Below are positions 9,206 to 18,264 of a DNA stretch of 64,000 nucleotides, piece by piece; within the stretch, counting starts at the first letter, position 1; every line of letters begins with the position of its first letter. The translations under genes and the position numbers were made by a program. Source of the stretch: a bacterium (lineage in GTDB: Bacteria > UBA8248); contig OZ241996.1 of assembly GCA_965204535.1 (NCBI GenBank), positions 1,472,001-1,536,000 of the forward strand, read 5' to 3'. The notes beneath the pieces are model-generated. The model was not told the origin of the DNA, ran no database searches, and was given only the letters and a program-made list of their open reading frames with translations.

Positions 9206-10840
9206 ATGGCGTCAACCAAGGAGGGGGGAAAGGCAGCCTCCTCACCTGCGAAAATAGGGACGGCAAAGACATTCGGCCTCCATAAAATGGGCCTCAAGAA
9301 CGTCGGCAAGGTGTACCGAAATCTCCCCATTCCTACACTAAACGAAATGGCGGTCGCGCGAGGCGAAGGATTCCTCGCTCCCAACGGCGCGCTTGTCGTC
9401 CACACGGGGAAATTCTCGGGCCGCTCGCCCAAGGACAAGTTCACCGTGGATCAGGACCCCTCCAACAAGAAGATATGGTGGGGGCCCATCAACCAGAAGA
9501 TATCCACCGAAAACTGGGACAACATTTTTCAAAAAATCGCCAGCTACGCCCAACAGCGCGACCTTTTCATTTTCGACGGTTTCGTGGGCAACGACCGGAG
9601 ATACAAACTCCCCGTGCGCGTCATCTCCGAACTGGCGTGGCATTCGATGTTCTGCCAAACGCTGCTCGTCCGCCCCGAGCCAGGCGAACTCGACAACCAT
9701 AAAAATCCCTTCACGGTCATCGACATGGGCAGGTTTCTCGGAGCGGGCCCGGCGGAAGGACTCCGGCAGGAGAACTTCACGCTGGTGAACTTCGAGAAAA
9801 ACATGGCGCTCATCGGCGGTTCCGAATACGCCGGCGAGATGAAGAAATCCGCCTTTTTCATCATGAACTACCTGCTCCCGCAACAAGGCGTTTTCCCGAT
9901 GCACTGTTCGGCGAACATGGGCCACAAGGGGGACACCGCTCTTTTCTTCGGCCTCTCCGGCACGGGCAAGACCACATTGTCCGCAGATACGAACCGAAAG
10001 CTCATCGGCGACGACGAACACGGGTGGTCGGATTCGGGCATCTTCAATTTCGAGGGCGGGTGCTACGCGAAAACCATCAACTTGACGCGGGAGAAAGAAC
10101 CCCAGATTTGGGACGCCATCCGCTTCGGCTCCGTCCTTGAGAACGTCATCGTCGACCCGCTGACGCGGGAGATCGATTACGACGACATGTCGATCACCGA
10201 AAACACGCGCGCCACATATCCCAACCACTTCATCGACAACTGCGTGCTATCGGGCATGGGGGGGCATCCGAAGAACGTCTTCTTTCTCACATGCGACGCT
10301 TTCGGCGTCCTGCCCCCCATCAGCAGGCTCACGCCCGAGCAGGCCGCCTACCATTTCCTCTCCGGCTATACGGCGAAAGTGGCGGGCACCGAGGCGGGCG
10401 TCGATGAGCCGATGGCCACGTTCAGCAGTTGTTTCGGCGCGCCTTTCCTGGCCTTGCACCCCGCCGAATACGGAGAAATGCTCAAGGAGAGACTCAAAAA
10501 ACACGACGCGCAGGTCTGGCTCGTCAACACGGGCTGGATCGGCGGGGCAGCCGGCGAGGTCGACAGGATGCCGCTGCACCATACGCGCGCGCTCCTGACG
10601 GCCGCCATGACGGGCGAACTGGCCAAGGTTCCCACCCAGGACGTGCCGATATTCGAACTCCATGTTCCTACAAGCTGCCCCGGGGTGCCGAAGAAATACA
10701 TGATCCCCAGAAACCTTTGGAGAAGCAAGAAAAAATACGACGAGAAAATACGCGAGCTCGCCGGAGCGTTCCGGGAGAATTTCGAGCAGTTCGCAGATCG
10801 GGTGACGCCGGACGTCGCGGCGGCCGGCCCCAAAATCTAG
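9206..10840 (+). CDS. pckA: Phosphoenolpyruvate carboxykinase (ATP)
   Basis: GRSPKDK, YAGEMKK, MHCSAN, GLSGTGKTTLS, LIGDDEHGW and NFEGGCYAK. Confidence 0.97.
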   Translation: MASTKEGGKAASSPAKIGTAKTFGLHKMGLKNVGKVYRNLPIPTLNEMAVARGEGFLAPNGALVVHTGKFSGRSPKDKFTVDQDPSNKKIWWGPINQKISTENWDNIFQKIASYAQQRDLFIFDGFVGNDRRYKLPVRVISELAWHSMFCQTLLVRPEPGELDNHKNPFTVIDMGRFLGAGPAEGLRQENFTLVNFEKNMALIGGSEYAGEMKKSAFFIMNYLLPQQGVFPMHCSANMGHKGDTALFFGLSGTGKTTLSADTNRKLIGDDEHGWSDSGIFNFEGGCYAKTINLTREKEPQIWDAIRFGSVLENVIVDPLTREIDYDDMSITENTRATYPNHFIDNCVLSGMGGHPKNVFFLTCDAFGVLPPISRLTPEQAAYHFLSGYTAKVAGTEAGVDEPMATFSSCFGAPFLALHPAEYGEMLKERLKKHDAQVWLVNTGWIGGAAGEVDRMPLHHTRALLTAAMTGELAKVPTQDVPIFELHVPTSCPGVPKKYMIPRNLWRSKKKYDEKIRELAGAFRENFEQFADRVTPDVAAAGPKI

Positions 10841-10888
10841 GCGTTTATACCAGATATATTCACTCCCCGTTCAAAAGGAGGTATTCCG

Positions 10889-11074
10889 ATGCCCGTTGTT
10901 CAGGTAAGCCTGCTGTCAGGAAGATCGAAAGATCAGAAAAAGGCGATGGCGGATGAAATTACCGAGACCGTCCACAAGCATTCAGGCGCCCCGAAAGACG
11001 TCATCACGGTGATATTCCAGGACGTCGGGACGGATTCCTGGGCAGCGGGCGGGACTCTCTTTGAAGACCGATAG
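10889..11074 (+). CDS. 4-oxalocrotonate tautomerase family protein
   Basis: Catalytic Pro1 (MPVVQV), GRSKDQK, W..GG; 61 aa; AGGAGG RBS. Confidence 0.88.
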   Translation: MPVVQVSLLSGRSKDQKKAMADEITETVHKHSGAPKDVITVIFQDVGTDSWAAGGTLFEDR

Positions 11075-11107
11075 CGGCTGTATTCCTTTAATGGAGGAGG
11101 GATAGAG

Positions 11108-11965
11108 ATGAGCGCCGACAACTTCAGGCTCGCACTCGTGCAACCGATGGGGTATCCCCCGCCGGACGATGAAAAAAACGTGGCCGACGCGGTCCGCTAC
11201 GTGGAAGACGCCGCCGCGCAGGGGGCCGATTTCGTCGCCTTCCCCGAATCGTATCCGGGTCCATGGCGGATGCCGGCGACGTTCGACCCCACCGAGGCGA
11301 TGGAGGAAGTGGCCAAGCGCTGCGGCGTTTATGTCCAATACGGAACGCTCGAACCGCTGGACAACGAGAAGAAGACGGCCCACAACCTGCTGAACCTCGC
11401 CCGCCCCACGGGCGGCGCATCGGGGCGCTACCGCAGGACCCATCCGCCCGGCCCCTGGATATACACGGGCGGCGGCATCTGGGAGTTTCAGTACGTCGCA
11501 GGGAACGAGTACCCCGTTTTCGAGACCCAGTACGGCCAGGTCGGCATGGCGATGTGCAGCGAGGTCTACATGCCCGAGGTGACGCGCGCGCTCTCGCTGC
11601 GCGGGGCGGAAATCATCTTCCTGCCCGCGGGCGTGGACAAGAAGAGGCTGTGGGGCACTTGGCGGAACCTCATCTGGTCGCGCGCGATCGAAAACCTCGC
11701 GGTCGTCATCACCACGCAGAACCTCTTCGACAAGAGCCAGCGCGGCCTGGCGATGGTGGCGACGCCCGAGGAAGTCATTTTCGAGAGCACGAAGGCCGGC
11801 ATGTTCATGGTCGACGTGGATCTGGAGAGAATGCGCGAGCTTCGCGAGCAAAACGACGAGGTGACCTCATCGGGGCAAAACGCGGCCAAGGCCGGTGTGC
11901 TGAAGCAGTGGCAACGGCCCGAGTTGTACGACAAGTTCTTCCCAAAAGAAGGCGCGGCCAGTTAA
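11108..11965 (+). CDS. Carbon-nitrogen hydrolase (nitrilase superfamily)
   Basis: FPES, YRRTH, MCSE, RAIEN and DLE.MRE.R motifs. Confidence 0.85.
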   Translation: MSADNFRLALVQPMGYPPPDDEKNVADAVRYVEDAAAQGADFVAFPESYPGPWRMPATFDPTEAMEEVAKRCGVYVQYGTLEPLDNEKKTAHNLLNLARPTGGASGRYRRTHPPGPWIYTGGGIWEFQYVAGNEYPVFETQYGQVGMAMCSEVYMPEVTRALSLRGAEIIFLPAGVDKKRLWGTWRNLIWSRAIENLAVVITTQNLFDKSQRGLAMVATPEEVIFESTKAGMFMVDVDLERMRELREQNDEVTSSGQNAAKAGVLKQWQRPELYDKFFPKEGAAS

Positions 11966-12033
11966 TGACGCATCCACCCCCGGGGCGCAGGTCCGGGGGT
12001 CGATGCGCAAACATTTCCTGCTAGAAGATACGA

Positions 12034-12537
12034 ATGTCGAACACCTATTTCTGGCTTCTTTACGTCCATATACTGGCGGCATGTCTGTATGAGGGCGCGC
12101 TGGTCTTCTTCTGGCTCCTCATGGGGCACTTGAGGCGCAGGCTATCTCCCGAAGAATATGCGGGCGAGATCATCTCCATCCTGCGTTTCTACCACCCCTT
12201 CGTGCTCATCTGCATGGGCGTGCTCATCATGACGGGCGCGTGGTATCTGACGGGTCTCAAGATGGCGATGGGGCCTGCATTCGGGAAACTCTTTGTTCCA
12301 TTGGGACTTAAGCTACTGACGGTTTTCCTGATGATGATGGGGATCAGCTTCCAGTTCTTCGCCGTGGGACTCAGGCTCACGCGGGGGACGGGACCCGCCG
12401 GAAACGGGCGTCCCATAGGCGATACGACGGATGAGCGGGTGAAATTATTGAGGACGCTCGAACACGTGAACCTCGGGAACGCCGTGCTCGCCCTGTTCGC
12501 CATCTTCTTCGGTCTTGCGCTCAACAAGGGTTTTTAG
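12034..12537 (+). CDS. Four-TM membrane protein, CopD/DUF4149-like
   Basis: WLLYVHILAA..Y.G, L..TG and LGLKL pattern; four hydrophobic segments. Confidence 0.6.
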   Translation: MSNTYFWLLYVHILAACLYEGALVFFWLLMGHLRRRLSPEEYAGEIISILRFYHPFVLICMGVLIMTGAWYLTGLKMAMGPAFGKLFVPLGLKLLTVFLMMMGISFQFFAVGLRLTRGTGPAGNGRPIGDTTDERVKLLRTLEHVNLGNAVLALFAIFFGLALNKGF

Positions 12538-12593
12538 ACAGATATTTGCGATGCGTAATTAAAGTAACGCTTCATATATTTTTCGCTGATTTT

Positions 12594-12643
12594 ATTTATC
12601 GCAAAACCCCGTGAATTTATCCAATTTTATCGAATTTTTCAGA
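12594..12643 (+). repeat. AT-rich ~50-bp dispersed repeat, copy 1
   Basis: atttatcgcaaaaccccgtgaatttatccaattttatcgaatttttcaga; second copy at 41005-41054. Confidence 0.8.
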
Positions 12644-12660
12644 AATGATGAGGGTGTCCC

Positions 12661-13392
12661 ATGGCGACGGAACGAGAACTCGCGAGCGCGGCGAACAGGC
12701 GCCCGGCAGGCGGCGCAGAAGTCACGCCTCGCCGCTGGGAGGATTTCTCGGGCGTCGCGCTCTCGAGCCCAAGAACCTCTCTCGAACCCGTCGATGCCGA
12801 TCGCGACGCGGCCGGCATCTTCCGCGCGGCGACCATGGGCGAAGATACCGATCGGATATTCGATTACATGAACGTGGGCCCCTTCTCCACGGAAGCGCAG
12901 GTGCATGACCTCCTGGTGGAGCGGCAAGCCTCGCAGGACCCGGCCTTCGTCGTCTACCGCGACAACGAGACGGGCCGCCTCGGCGGGATGGGCAGTTTTA
13001 TGGAAATCCGCGCCCATATCGGGGTCGCCGAAATCGGCCACATCTGGTTCGGCCGCACATGGCAGCGAGACGTGCGGGCCACGGAAGTCCTCTCCCTCAA
13101 GATGCGCCACGTTCTCGACACCCTGGGCTACCGCCGCCTGGAATGGAAGTGCGACGCCTTAAACGCCGCTTCACGCGCGGCGGCCCTGCGCCTGGGTTTC
13201 CGCTACGAAGGGATATTCCTGAACCACATGATCGTCAAGGGACGCAGCCGCGACACCGCCTGGTTCTCCCTCACGGGGGAGGAATGGCCCGGCGTGCGCG
13301 ATGCCCACGACCGCTGGCTCGCGCCTGAGAATTTCGACGCCGCCGGCCGCCAGAGATGCGCCCTGAGCGACCTCACCCGCGCGCTCTGGTGA
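12661..13392 (+). CDS. GNAT N-acetyltransferase, RimJ/RimL family
   Basis: EIGHIW, LGYRRLEWKCDALNAASRAAALRLGF.YEG and KGRSRDTAWFS. Confidence 0.9.
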   Translation: MATERELASAANRRPAGGAEVTPRRWEDFSGVALSSPRTSLEPVDADRDAAGIFRAATMGEDTDRIFDYMNVGPFSTEAQVHDLLVERQASQDPAFVVYRDNETGRLGGMGSFMEIRAHIGVAEIGHIWFGRTWQRDVRATEVLSLKMRHVLDTLGYRRLEWKCDALNAASRAAALRLGFRYEGIFLNHMIVKGRSRDTAWFSLTGEEWPGVRDAHDRWLAPENFDAAGRQRCALSDLTRALW

Positions 13393-13429
13393 GAGATGCT
13401 TTCCCCTTCTCCAGACTATCCGCAACCCT

Positions 13430-13455
13430 GTAGGGACAGGTCGCGACATGTCCCT
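13430..13455. repeat. GTAG-type REP-like palindrome
   Basis: GTAGGGACAGGTCGCGACATGTCCCT between convergent genes; near-identical to 43779-43807. Confidence 0.75.
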
Positions 13456-13552
13456 GCTTTCATGGTGCAATTCACTTCGGAAATGCCGTCTCTGGAGCAA
13501 GATCGATGTGTATTCGCTTACTTTTGACGCAAGGAGCCGGCCCTTTGTTACA

Positions 13553-14395
13553 TCAAGTCGAATGGGGCGGCTGGGCGGCGCAACGGAAACCGATGTAGGC
13601 GTGGCCCGTCGCCTGCCTGCCGGGCATCACGACTTCCCGGTTCGTTGCCGTCATGCCGTCCGGCAGGCTTGCCGAATTGCCGCCCCGCACGACGCGTCCA
13701 TCGACTGCACTCAGCTTCTCGCGCCCGTCCTTTGGCTCGTAGGGATACGCCATCGCCAGAGAAGTCGTCCACTCCCATACCTGCCCCGCCATGTCGTTCA
13801 CGCCGTACGGGCTCGCGCCCCTGGGGTAGCTGCCCGCGACCGCCGTCTGCCCCCGGTAGTCTCCCAGGAACAGATATTCCCCCGACGGCTTCCGGTCTCC
13901 CCACGGGTAGAGGCGGCCGTCGGTTCCGCGCGCCGCCTTTTCCCACTGCGCCTCGGTGGGCAGCTTCTTCCTCTTCCATCGGCAGTAGGCCAGGGCGCCG
14001 CCCCAGGCCATCTCGCCCGCCGGGAATTTTTCAAAACCCTTCTCGACGACCCAGCCGTCGCCTTGGGAGACGATCTTGGCGTCGGGGTCGTCGGTATCGA
14101 GATACATCTCCCCCTGGGGCCCGGCGGGGCCTTTCTCCTTGATGAAGGGGAGGTAATCCGCCCACGTCACCAGGTTCCGGTCGATGTAATAAGCGGGCAG
14201 AAACACGCGGTGCGCGGGCTTTTCCTCATCGGGGCCGTCGTTGCGCCCCATCGTGAAAGGGCCGGCGGGGATGAGCACCATCCCTGCGTACCTGCCCTTG
14301 CCCATCTTGGGGGCGGCGGCGTGAGCCGTTTCTACAAAAGCCGCCGCCAGCAGGATCAAAACGAGCACCCAGATGCTGAGCGTTTTATTCATCAC
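13553..14395 (-). CDS. Exported FGE-sulfatase (SUMF1/EgtB/PvdO) domain protein
   Basis: Signal peptide; IPAGPF.MG, LPTEAQWEKAARG, DMAGQVWEW, RGG and GFRCA. Confidence 0.88.
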   Translation of the reverse strand: MMNKTLSIWVLVLILLAAAFVETAHAAAPKMGKGRYAGMVLIPAGPFTMGRNDGPDEEKPAHRVFLPAYYIDRNLVTWADYLPFIKEKGPAGPQGEMYLDTDDPDAKIVSQGDGWVVEKGFEKFPAGEMAWGGALAYCRWKRKKLPTEAQWEKAARGTDGRLYPWGDRKPSGEYLFLGDYRGQTAVAGSYPRGASPYGVNDMAGQVWEWTTSLAMAYPYEPKDGREKLSAVDGRVVRGGNSASLPDGMTATNREVVMPGRQATGHAYIGFRCAAQPPHST

Positions 14396-14515
14396 GCGCG
14401 CAACCCTCGAAAAGTGGATTTCCGGGGATTATAGTGGAAAGCGGTTGGAAAAACCGCACAGGGATCCAGCAAGAGTTCCCCTCGCATAACGAGATCGAGA
14501 CCCTCCAATGAGTTT

Positions 14516-14652
14516 CGTCATTCCGGCGAAAACCGGAATCCATTTGCCTTTCGTTTTTATACCGTTGTTTCCAGCCCGAGCATCGAGAAAAGAGAATGCC
14601 GCAATATGCGCGCCCCGTCTCTTTTTGGATTCCGGCTTTCGCCGGAATGACG
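14516..14652. repeat. Inverted pair of GTCATTCCGGCGAAAGCCGGAATCCA-type palindromic repeats
   Basis: cgtcattccggcgaaaaccggaatcca (14516-14542) and its inverse tggattccggctttcgccggaatgacg (14626-14652); related unit at 43731-43757. Confidence 0.85.
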
Positions 14653-14718
14653 GCGGCGGGGTTCTGCATCGCCGGAAGGGTGCAGGAGTCACATACGGGG
14701 CCGCGCGCGAACAACCCC

Positions 14719-15438
14719 CTACCCATCCTGCGGCGGCCAGATGCGGCTTGCCGCCAGTGGCGAGCCGGGGGGATGGACGAGATACCCGTGCACGCGCTTC
14801 GTCCCTTCGGTCTCTTCGAGCGCGATGTAGTTCGCCTCGCGCGCCTCTAAAGACGTGTATTCATACAGAACGGAATGCTTGGGCGAAGCCGTGGCCACCA
14901 GGTATTTCCTCGCGCCCATGCAGCCGGGCGTGTCCGCAACCCGCGCCATGCGCTCCTGGGCGTACCAGGCCTGGAGGTCCTCATCGTTGCCCCCCGCATC
15001 GTAGCGGCCCATCTGGATCGCGGGCGCCATGACGTCGGGGGCCTCCCTCTCGCCCGCGTCCGGGCCTTCCACCCGCCACTCCTCGCAAAGGATGAGTCCC
15101 CTCGCCTGAATCCGCATCCCCGTCATCGCCCGGGTCTCCTGGTTCTGGCGCTCTTTCAGCTGCACCGGACTCGGATCGTAGAAAACGCGGGTGGTCTCCC
15201 CGCCGAAGAGCGCGATGAATCCCGCGCCCGATGCGAGAGCAGGATCGTCGGTGCGGTTCAGGCGCGCAGCGATTTGCTCGAAGCGTTCGCCGGGGTGTTT
15301 CACCTCGTAGTGCGCCGCCCAGACGTAGCCGGGACGCGAGAGCTTTTCGGGGATGTGCACCCCGTGGAACCATTCCATGTACTCATCGCGCCCCTCCTCG
15401 GGCAGATCGTAGATGATCGCCCACACCGCCCTGTCCAT
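14719..15438 (-). CDS. Hypothetical protein with two tandem dimeric alpha/beta-barrel (EthD/DUF4286-like) domains
   Basis: Duplicated motif: EYMEWFHGVHIPEKLSRPGY and DLQAWYAQERMARVADTPGC; GGAGG RBS. Confidence 0.65.
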   Translation of the reverse strand: MDRAVWAIIYDLPEEGRDEYMEWFHGVHIPEKLSRPGYVWAAHYEVKHPGERFEQIAARLNRTDDPALASGAGFIALFGGETTRVFYDPSPVQLKERQNQETRAMTGMRIQARGLILCEEWRVEGPDAGEREAPDVMAPAIQMGRYDAGGNDEDLQAWYAQERMARVADTPGCMGARKYLVATASPKHSVLYEYTSLEAREANYIALEETEGTKRVHGYLVHPPGSPLAASRIWPPQDG

Positions 15439-15509
15439 GTCCCGCCTCCGTTTACGAAAAAATGATTTGTGGATGAAGATAATGCGAAGGCCACCGGTTT
15501 CGCCTCACC

Positions 15510-15857
15510 CTACACTCCCGACGCCTCTGGTTTTCGAGCCACTTCCTTCAGGTCCTGCTGAGTAAAGAGGGTCTTGCAGACCTTGTCCATGTGCGCCTTG
15601 AGCGGCGGATAGGTCGTCAGTTCGTAACTTTTCACGTCCACACTGAACGGCAGATTGCTCTCATGAAACATGGTCCAGAGGCGATCGATCTGCTTTTCTT
15701 TGATACCGCCTCGCAGTGCCAGGTCGACGTCCGAATTCGGGCGATAGTCGCCCGTGGCGCGTGAACCGAACAGTTCGACCGAGGCGATCTCCTCGGCGTA
15801 GAGCGCCAGAATTTGTTTCAAAACCGCGAGCTGGCGGTCCGAGAGTCCGTGGTTCAT
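15510..15857 (-). CDS. Minimal nucleotidyltransferase (MNT) antitoxin
   Basis: LFGSRA.G....NSDVDL motif; start overlaps the HEPN gene stop (ATGA). Confidence 0.88.
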   Translation of the reverse strand: MNHGLSDRQLAVLKQILALYAEEIASVELFGSRATGDYRPNSDVDLALRGGIKEKQIDRLWTMFHESNLPFSVDVKSYELTTYPPLKAHMDKVCKTLFTQQDLKEVARKPEASGV

Positions 15858-16279
15858 GGCCGCTCCCCGCTTTTATCAAGAAACAGGATGTGCAATGCGT
15901 CGAAGGCGCGAAGGTAGTCTTTTCTGATCTCTTCGATGACGGCTTCGAACCTTTTGAGGTCATAATTGTGCGACATCTTGTTGCGCGCATCGAGTGCGTC
16001 CATCCACGTTTGTCCATCCCCCAGCAGATTCGCTTCGAAGGCTTTCCGTATGACGGCTCTGGGCGTTACCTGCTCAAAAGCGACATTCTCACTCTCCAGA
16101 TAGTCCTTCATGAGGTTCCAGGCAAGTTCGGTCGTATATTCAAACCGCTGGATGATCCCTTCTTTTTCAAGCTGGCTCGGTTCCCTTTCGTCCATCATTT
16201 CGATGGCCTCGCGCAGCAGGGAAAATGCGCGCTTGTAATTCTCGAATCGGTATCGCCAGCGCGGGGTGTCGTCGTTCAC
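15854..16279 (-). CDS. HEPN-domain protein (HI0074-like nucleotidyltransferase partner), putative RNase toxin
   Basis: RW.YRF.NY..A, GIIQRFEYT.ELAW..MKD and ARNKMSHNY (R-X4-H). Confidence 0.88.
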   Translation of the reverse strand: MNDDTPRWRYRFENYKRAFSLLREAIEMMDEREPSQLEKEGIIQRFEYTTELAWNLMKDYLESENVAFEQVTPRAVIRKAFEANLLGDGQTWMDALDARNKMSHNYDLKRFEAVIEEIRKDYLRAFDALHILFLDKSGERP

Positions 16280-16329
16280 CGGGCTTTCCTCTCTCTTGAG
16301 CGTTCGTGGAGCCTAGACGTATATCCAGC

Positions 16330-16376
16330 TTGTGCGCACAACGAAACAACATGCTTCACGGGATGGTGCGCGTCAA
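16330..16376 (-). promoter_or_regulatory. Putative promoter and operator of the HEPN-MNT pair
   Basis: Minus-strand TTGACG-17 nt-CATGTT; perfect palindrome TTGTGCGCACAA at 16330-16341 just downstream of the -10 box. Confidence 0.45.
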
Positions 16377-16479
16377 GTATATTACTTTTCCGCGTTTCGC
16401 TATTTCATGACGCGAGGACTCCTGCCGACGTTCATTGAACAGGGGCCGTCCGCGTCCAAAACCTGGAGTTTATTCACCC

Positions 16480-17109
16480 ATGATATATGAAGTTCGCGCT
16501 TACACGTTCCCCTCAGGATTCGCTCAAGAAGGCGTGGAGGATTTCGGCAGAATCATCGAGAAACGAGCCGCGATATCCCCTTTAATCGGGTTTTTCATCT
16601 CCGCGATCGGGGGGCTGAACCGGATTCTCCACATCTGGGAGTACGAGAACTCCGCCCACCGGGAACAAGCGCGCGCCGAAGCCCTCGCCCAGCCGTGGTG
16701 GCCGCCGCTCCAGGTGGATAAGATCCTCTACCAGCAAACGCGCATCATGCGGGCGGCGCCGTTTTGTCCCAAGCCGCGGACGGGAGCGATGGGAAGCGTA
16801 TACGAGATCAGGAGCGACGTGATGCTCACGGGCAAGATGCGGGACATCAGCGCGGCGTGGGAGAAGAATCTGCCCGCACGGGAGCGCCTCTCGCCCCTGG
16901 CGGCGGCGTTCGCCAACCCGGCGGGAGAGTTCGAATCCGGCATCCTGAACGAGTTTCTGCACATCTGGCCCTACCGGGACATGAACCACTGGGCCGAAGT
17001 CCAACGGCAGGCCGAGGAACTTCCCGACTGGGGAAAAAGTTACAGGCCTTATCTTCGGAGCGAGACTTCTGAAATCTGGTATCCGGTGGCGTATTCGCCC
17101 ATGAAATAG
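16480..17109 (+). CDS. NIPSNAP family protein (two domains)
   Basis: MIYEVRAY..., LNRILHIWEY, second YEIRS unit and LNEFLHIWPY, ending P..YSP. Confidence 0.85.
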   Translation: MIYEVRAYTFPSGFAQEGVEDFGRIIEKRAAISPLIGFFISAIGGLNRILHIWEYENSAHREQARAEALAQPWWPPLQVDKILYQQTRIMRAAPFCPKPRTGAMGSVYEIRSDVMLTGKMRDISAAWEKNLPARERLSPLAAAFANPAGEFESGILNEFLHIWPYRDMNHWAEVQRQAEELPDWGKSYRPYLRSETSEIWYPVAYSPMK

Positions 17110-17149
17110 CGGGGACCGCATTCGCGACCCCCGCCGGGTGATGGATAAA

Positions 17150-17224
17150 TGGAGCGGGAAACGGGATTTGAACCCGCGACCCCAACGTTGGCAACGTTGT
17201 GCTCTACCACTGAGCTATTCCCGC
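17150..17224 (-). tRNA. tRNA-Gly (GCC)
   Basis: Reverse complement GCGGGAATAGCTCAGTGGTAGAGCACAACGTTGCCAACGTTGGGGTCGCGGGTTCAAATCCCGTTTCCCGCTCCA: cloverleaf, GCC anticodon, encoded CCA. Confidence 0.97.
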
Positions 17225-17238
17225 TTACAACCCCAAAA

Positions 17239-17266
17239 AGTTTACCCGACTCGCATCAAGAGTCAA
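17239..17266 (-). promoter_or_regulatory. Sigma70 promoter of tRNA-Gly
   Basis: TTGACT-16 nt-TAAACT immediately upstream of the tRNA. Confidence 0.6.
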
Positions 17267-17303
17267 GGGCTTCAGCGATTTGTCCTGAGTCATCCCGGTT
17301 ATG

Positions 17304-17517
17304 CGGGGTTGTTGAAAAGGCCCCTCGTCAACCGGGTTCGGCGCGTAGGGGCTGTTGAAAAGCCGGAGAGGGAAAATTAGCTTGTGTGTAGGGGTCGCAT
17401 ATATGCGACCCTGATTTTTTTCACCACCACAAGGGCCGCATATATGCGGCCCCTACAAAAACCGTCCCTTCCCAAGCCGCGTCAAACCCTCGTTAATCCG
17501 GACTTTCTCAACACCCC
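17304..17517. mobile_element. MITE-like element enclosing a GTAG-REP pair
   Basis: Inverted ends GGGGCTGTTGAAAAGCCGGA and TCCGGACTTTCTCAACACCCC, plus an extra end near 17304; internal TGTAGGGGTCGCATATATGCGACCC ... GGGCCGCATATATGCGGCCCCTACA (17387-17457). Confidence 0.65.
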
Positions 17518-18257
17518 CTTCGGGCATGAATCCGCACCGAAACCACAGGACGAAACGGAGCGTGGCCGGAAATTTCCACTTCTCGAAACCCGGCGCCCGC
17601 CAGAAGAGACTCCCATTCGGCCTCCTCGCAAACGCCGCCGAGCGAGGCGTTCCACGCCTGGGGGTCCTGGGCGATCTCGACCGGCAGTTCGCCCTCGCGT
17701 ATCAACTCACGAGCCACGAGGCGCCCGCCCGGCTTCAGGATCCTGTGCACCTCGGCGAGCGCTTTTTGCTTATCTACCGTGAGGTTGAACGACGCGTTGG
17801 CCAGCACGATATCGGCGACCCCGTCCACCAGCGGGAGGCTCTCCATGTCCCCGGCCAATAGATGCAGGCACGCCCCGCTGCGAACTCCCGCAAACGCCTC
17901 GCGCGCGCGGTGAAGCATCTGGGGCGCGAAATCCACCGCGAACAGACTGGCGCCGGCCTCCAGCCTCTCGCTCACGAGGCGCGCGTCGAGTCCCGCGCCG
18001 CATCCGAGCTCCACGACCGTCCGCACACCTTTGAGATCGACCCCATCGAGCAGATACCCGCAACCGCAATAAGAAGACGAAACGCGCTCGGGCAGTCCGT
18101 CGATGAATCGGGCGGGATAGCCCGCACCCCGCGCCCTGCCCGCGCCGCCTTCGGGGAACGCATGCGCCTCGGCCAGATGGGCGTAGCGCTTTCTGACAAA
18201 GGATTTCACCTGCTGCTCCCACGCCCTCGGCTTCGCGCCTTGAACGGTGACGGGCAT
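17508..18257 (-). CDS. Class I SAM-dependent methyltransferase, ArsM-like
   Basis: YCGCG, VVELGCGAG.D, GD.ESLPL.D...D and RILKPGG motifs. Confidence 0.8.
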   Translation of the reverse strand: MPVTVQGAKPRAWEQQVKSFVRKRYAHLAEAHAFPEGGAGRARGAGYPARFIDGLPERVSSSYCGCGYLLDGVDLKGVRTVVELGCGAGLDARLVSERLEAGASLFAVDFAPQMLHRAREAFAGVRSGACLHLLAGDMESLPLVDGVADIVLANASFNLTVDKQKALAEVHRILKPGGRLVARELIREGELPVEIAQDPQAWNASLGGVCEEAEWESLLAGAGFREVEISGHAPFRPVVSVRIHARRGC

Positions 18258-18264
18258 GGCCGGC

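Noticed and set aside
17150-17224. tRNA-Gly as integration site of an island containing the NIPSNAP and HEPN-MNT genes
   Set aside because: No duplicated tRNA 3' end and no integrase found; the TTTCCCGCTCC match near 48678 is just the hemA RBS region.
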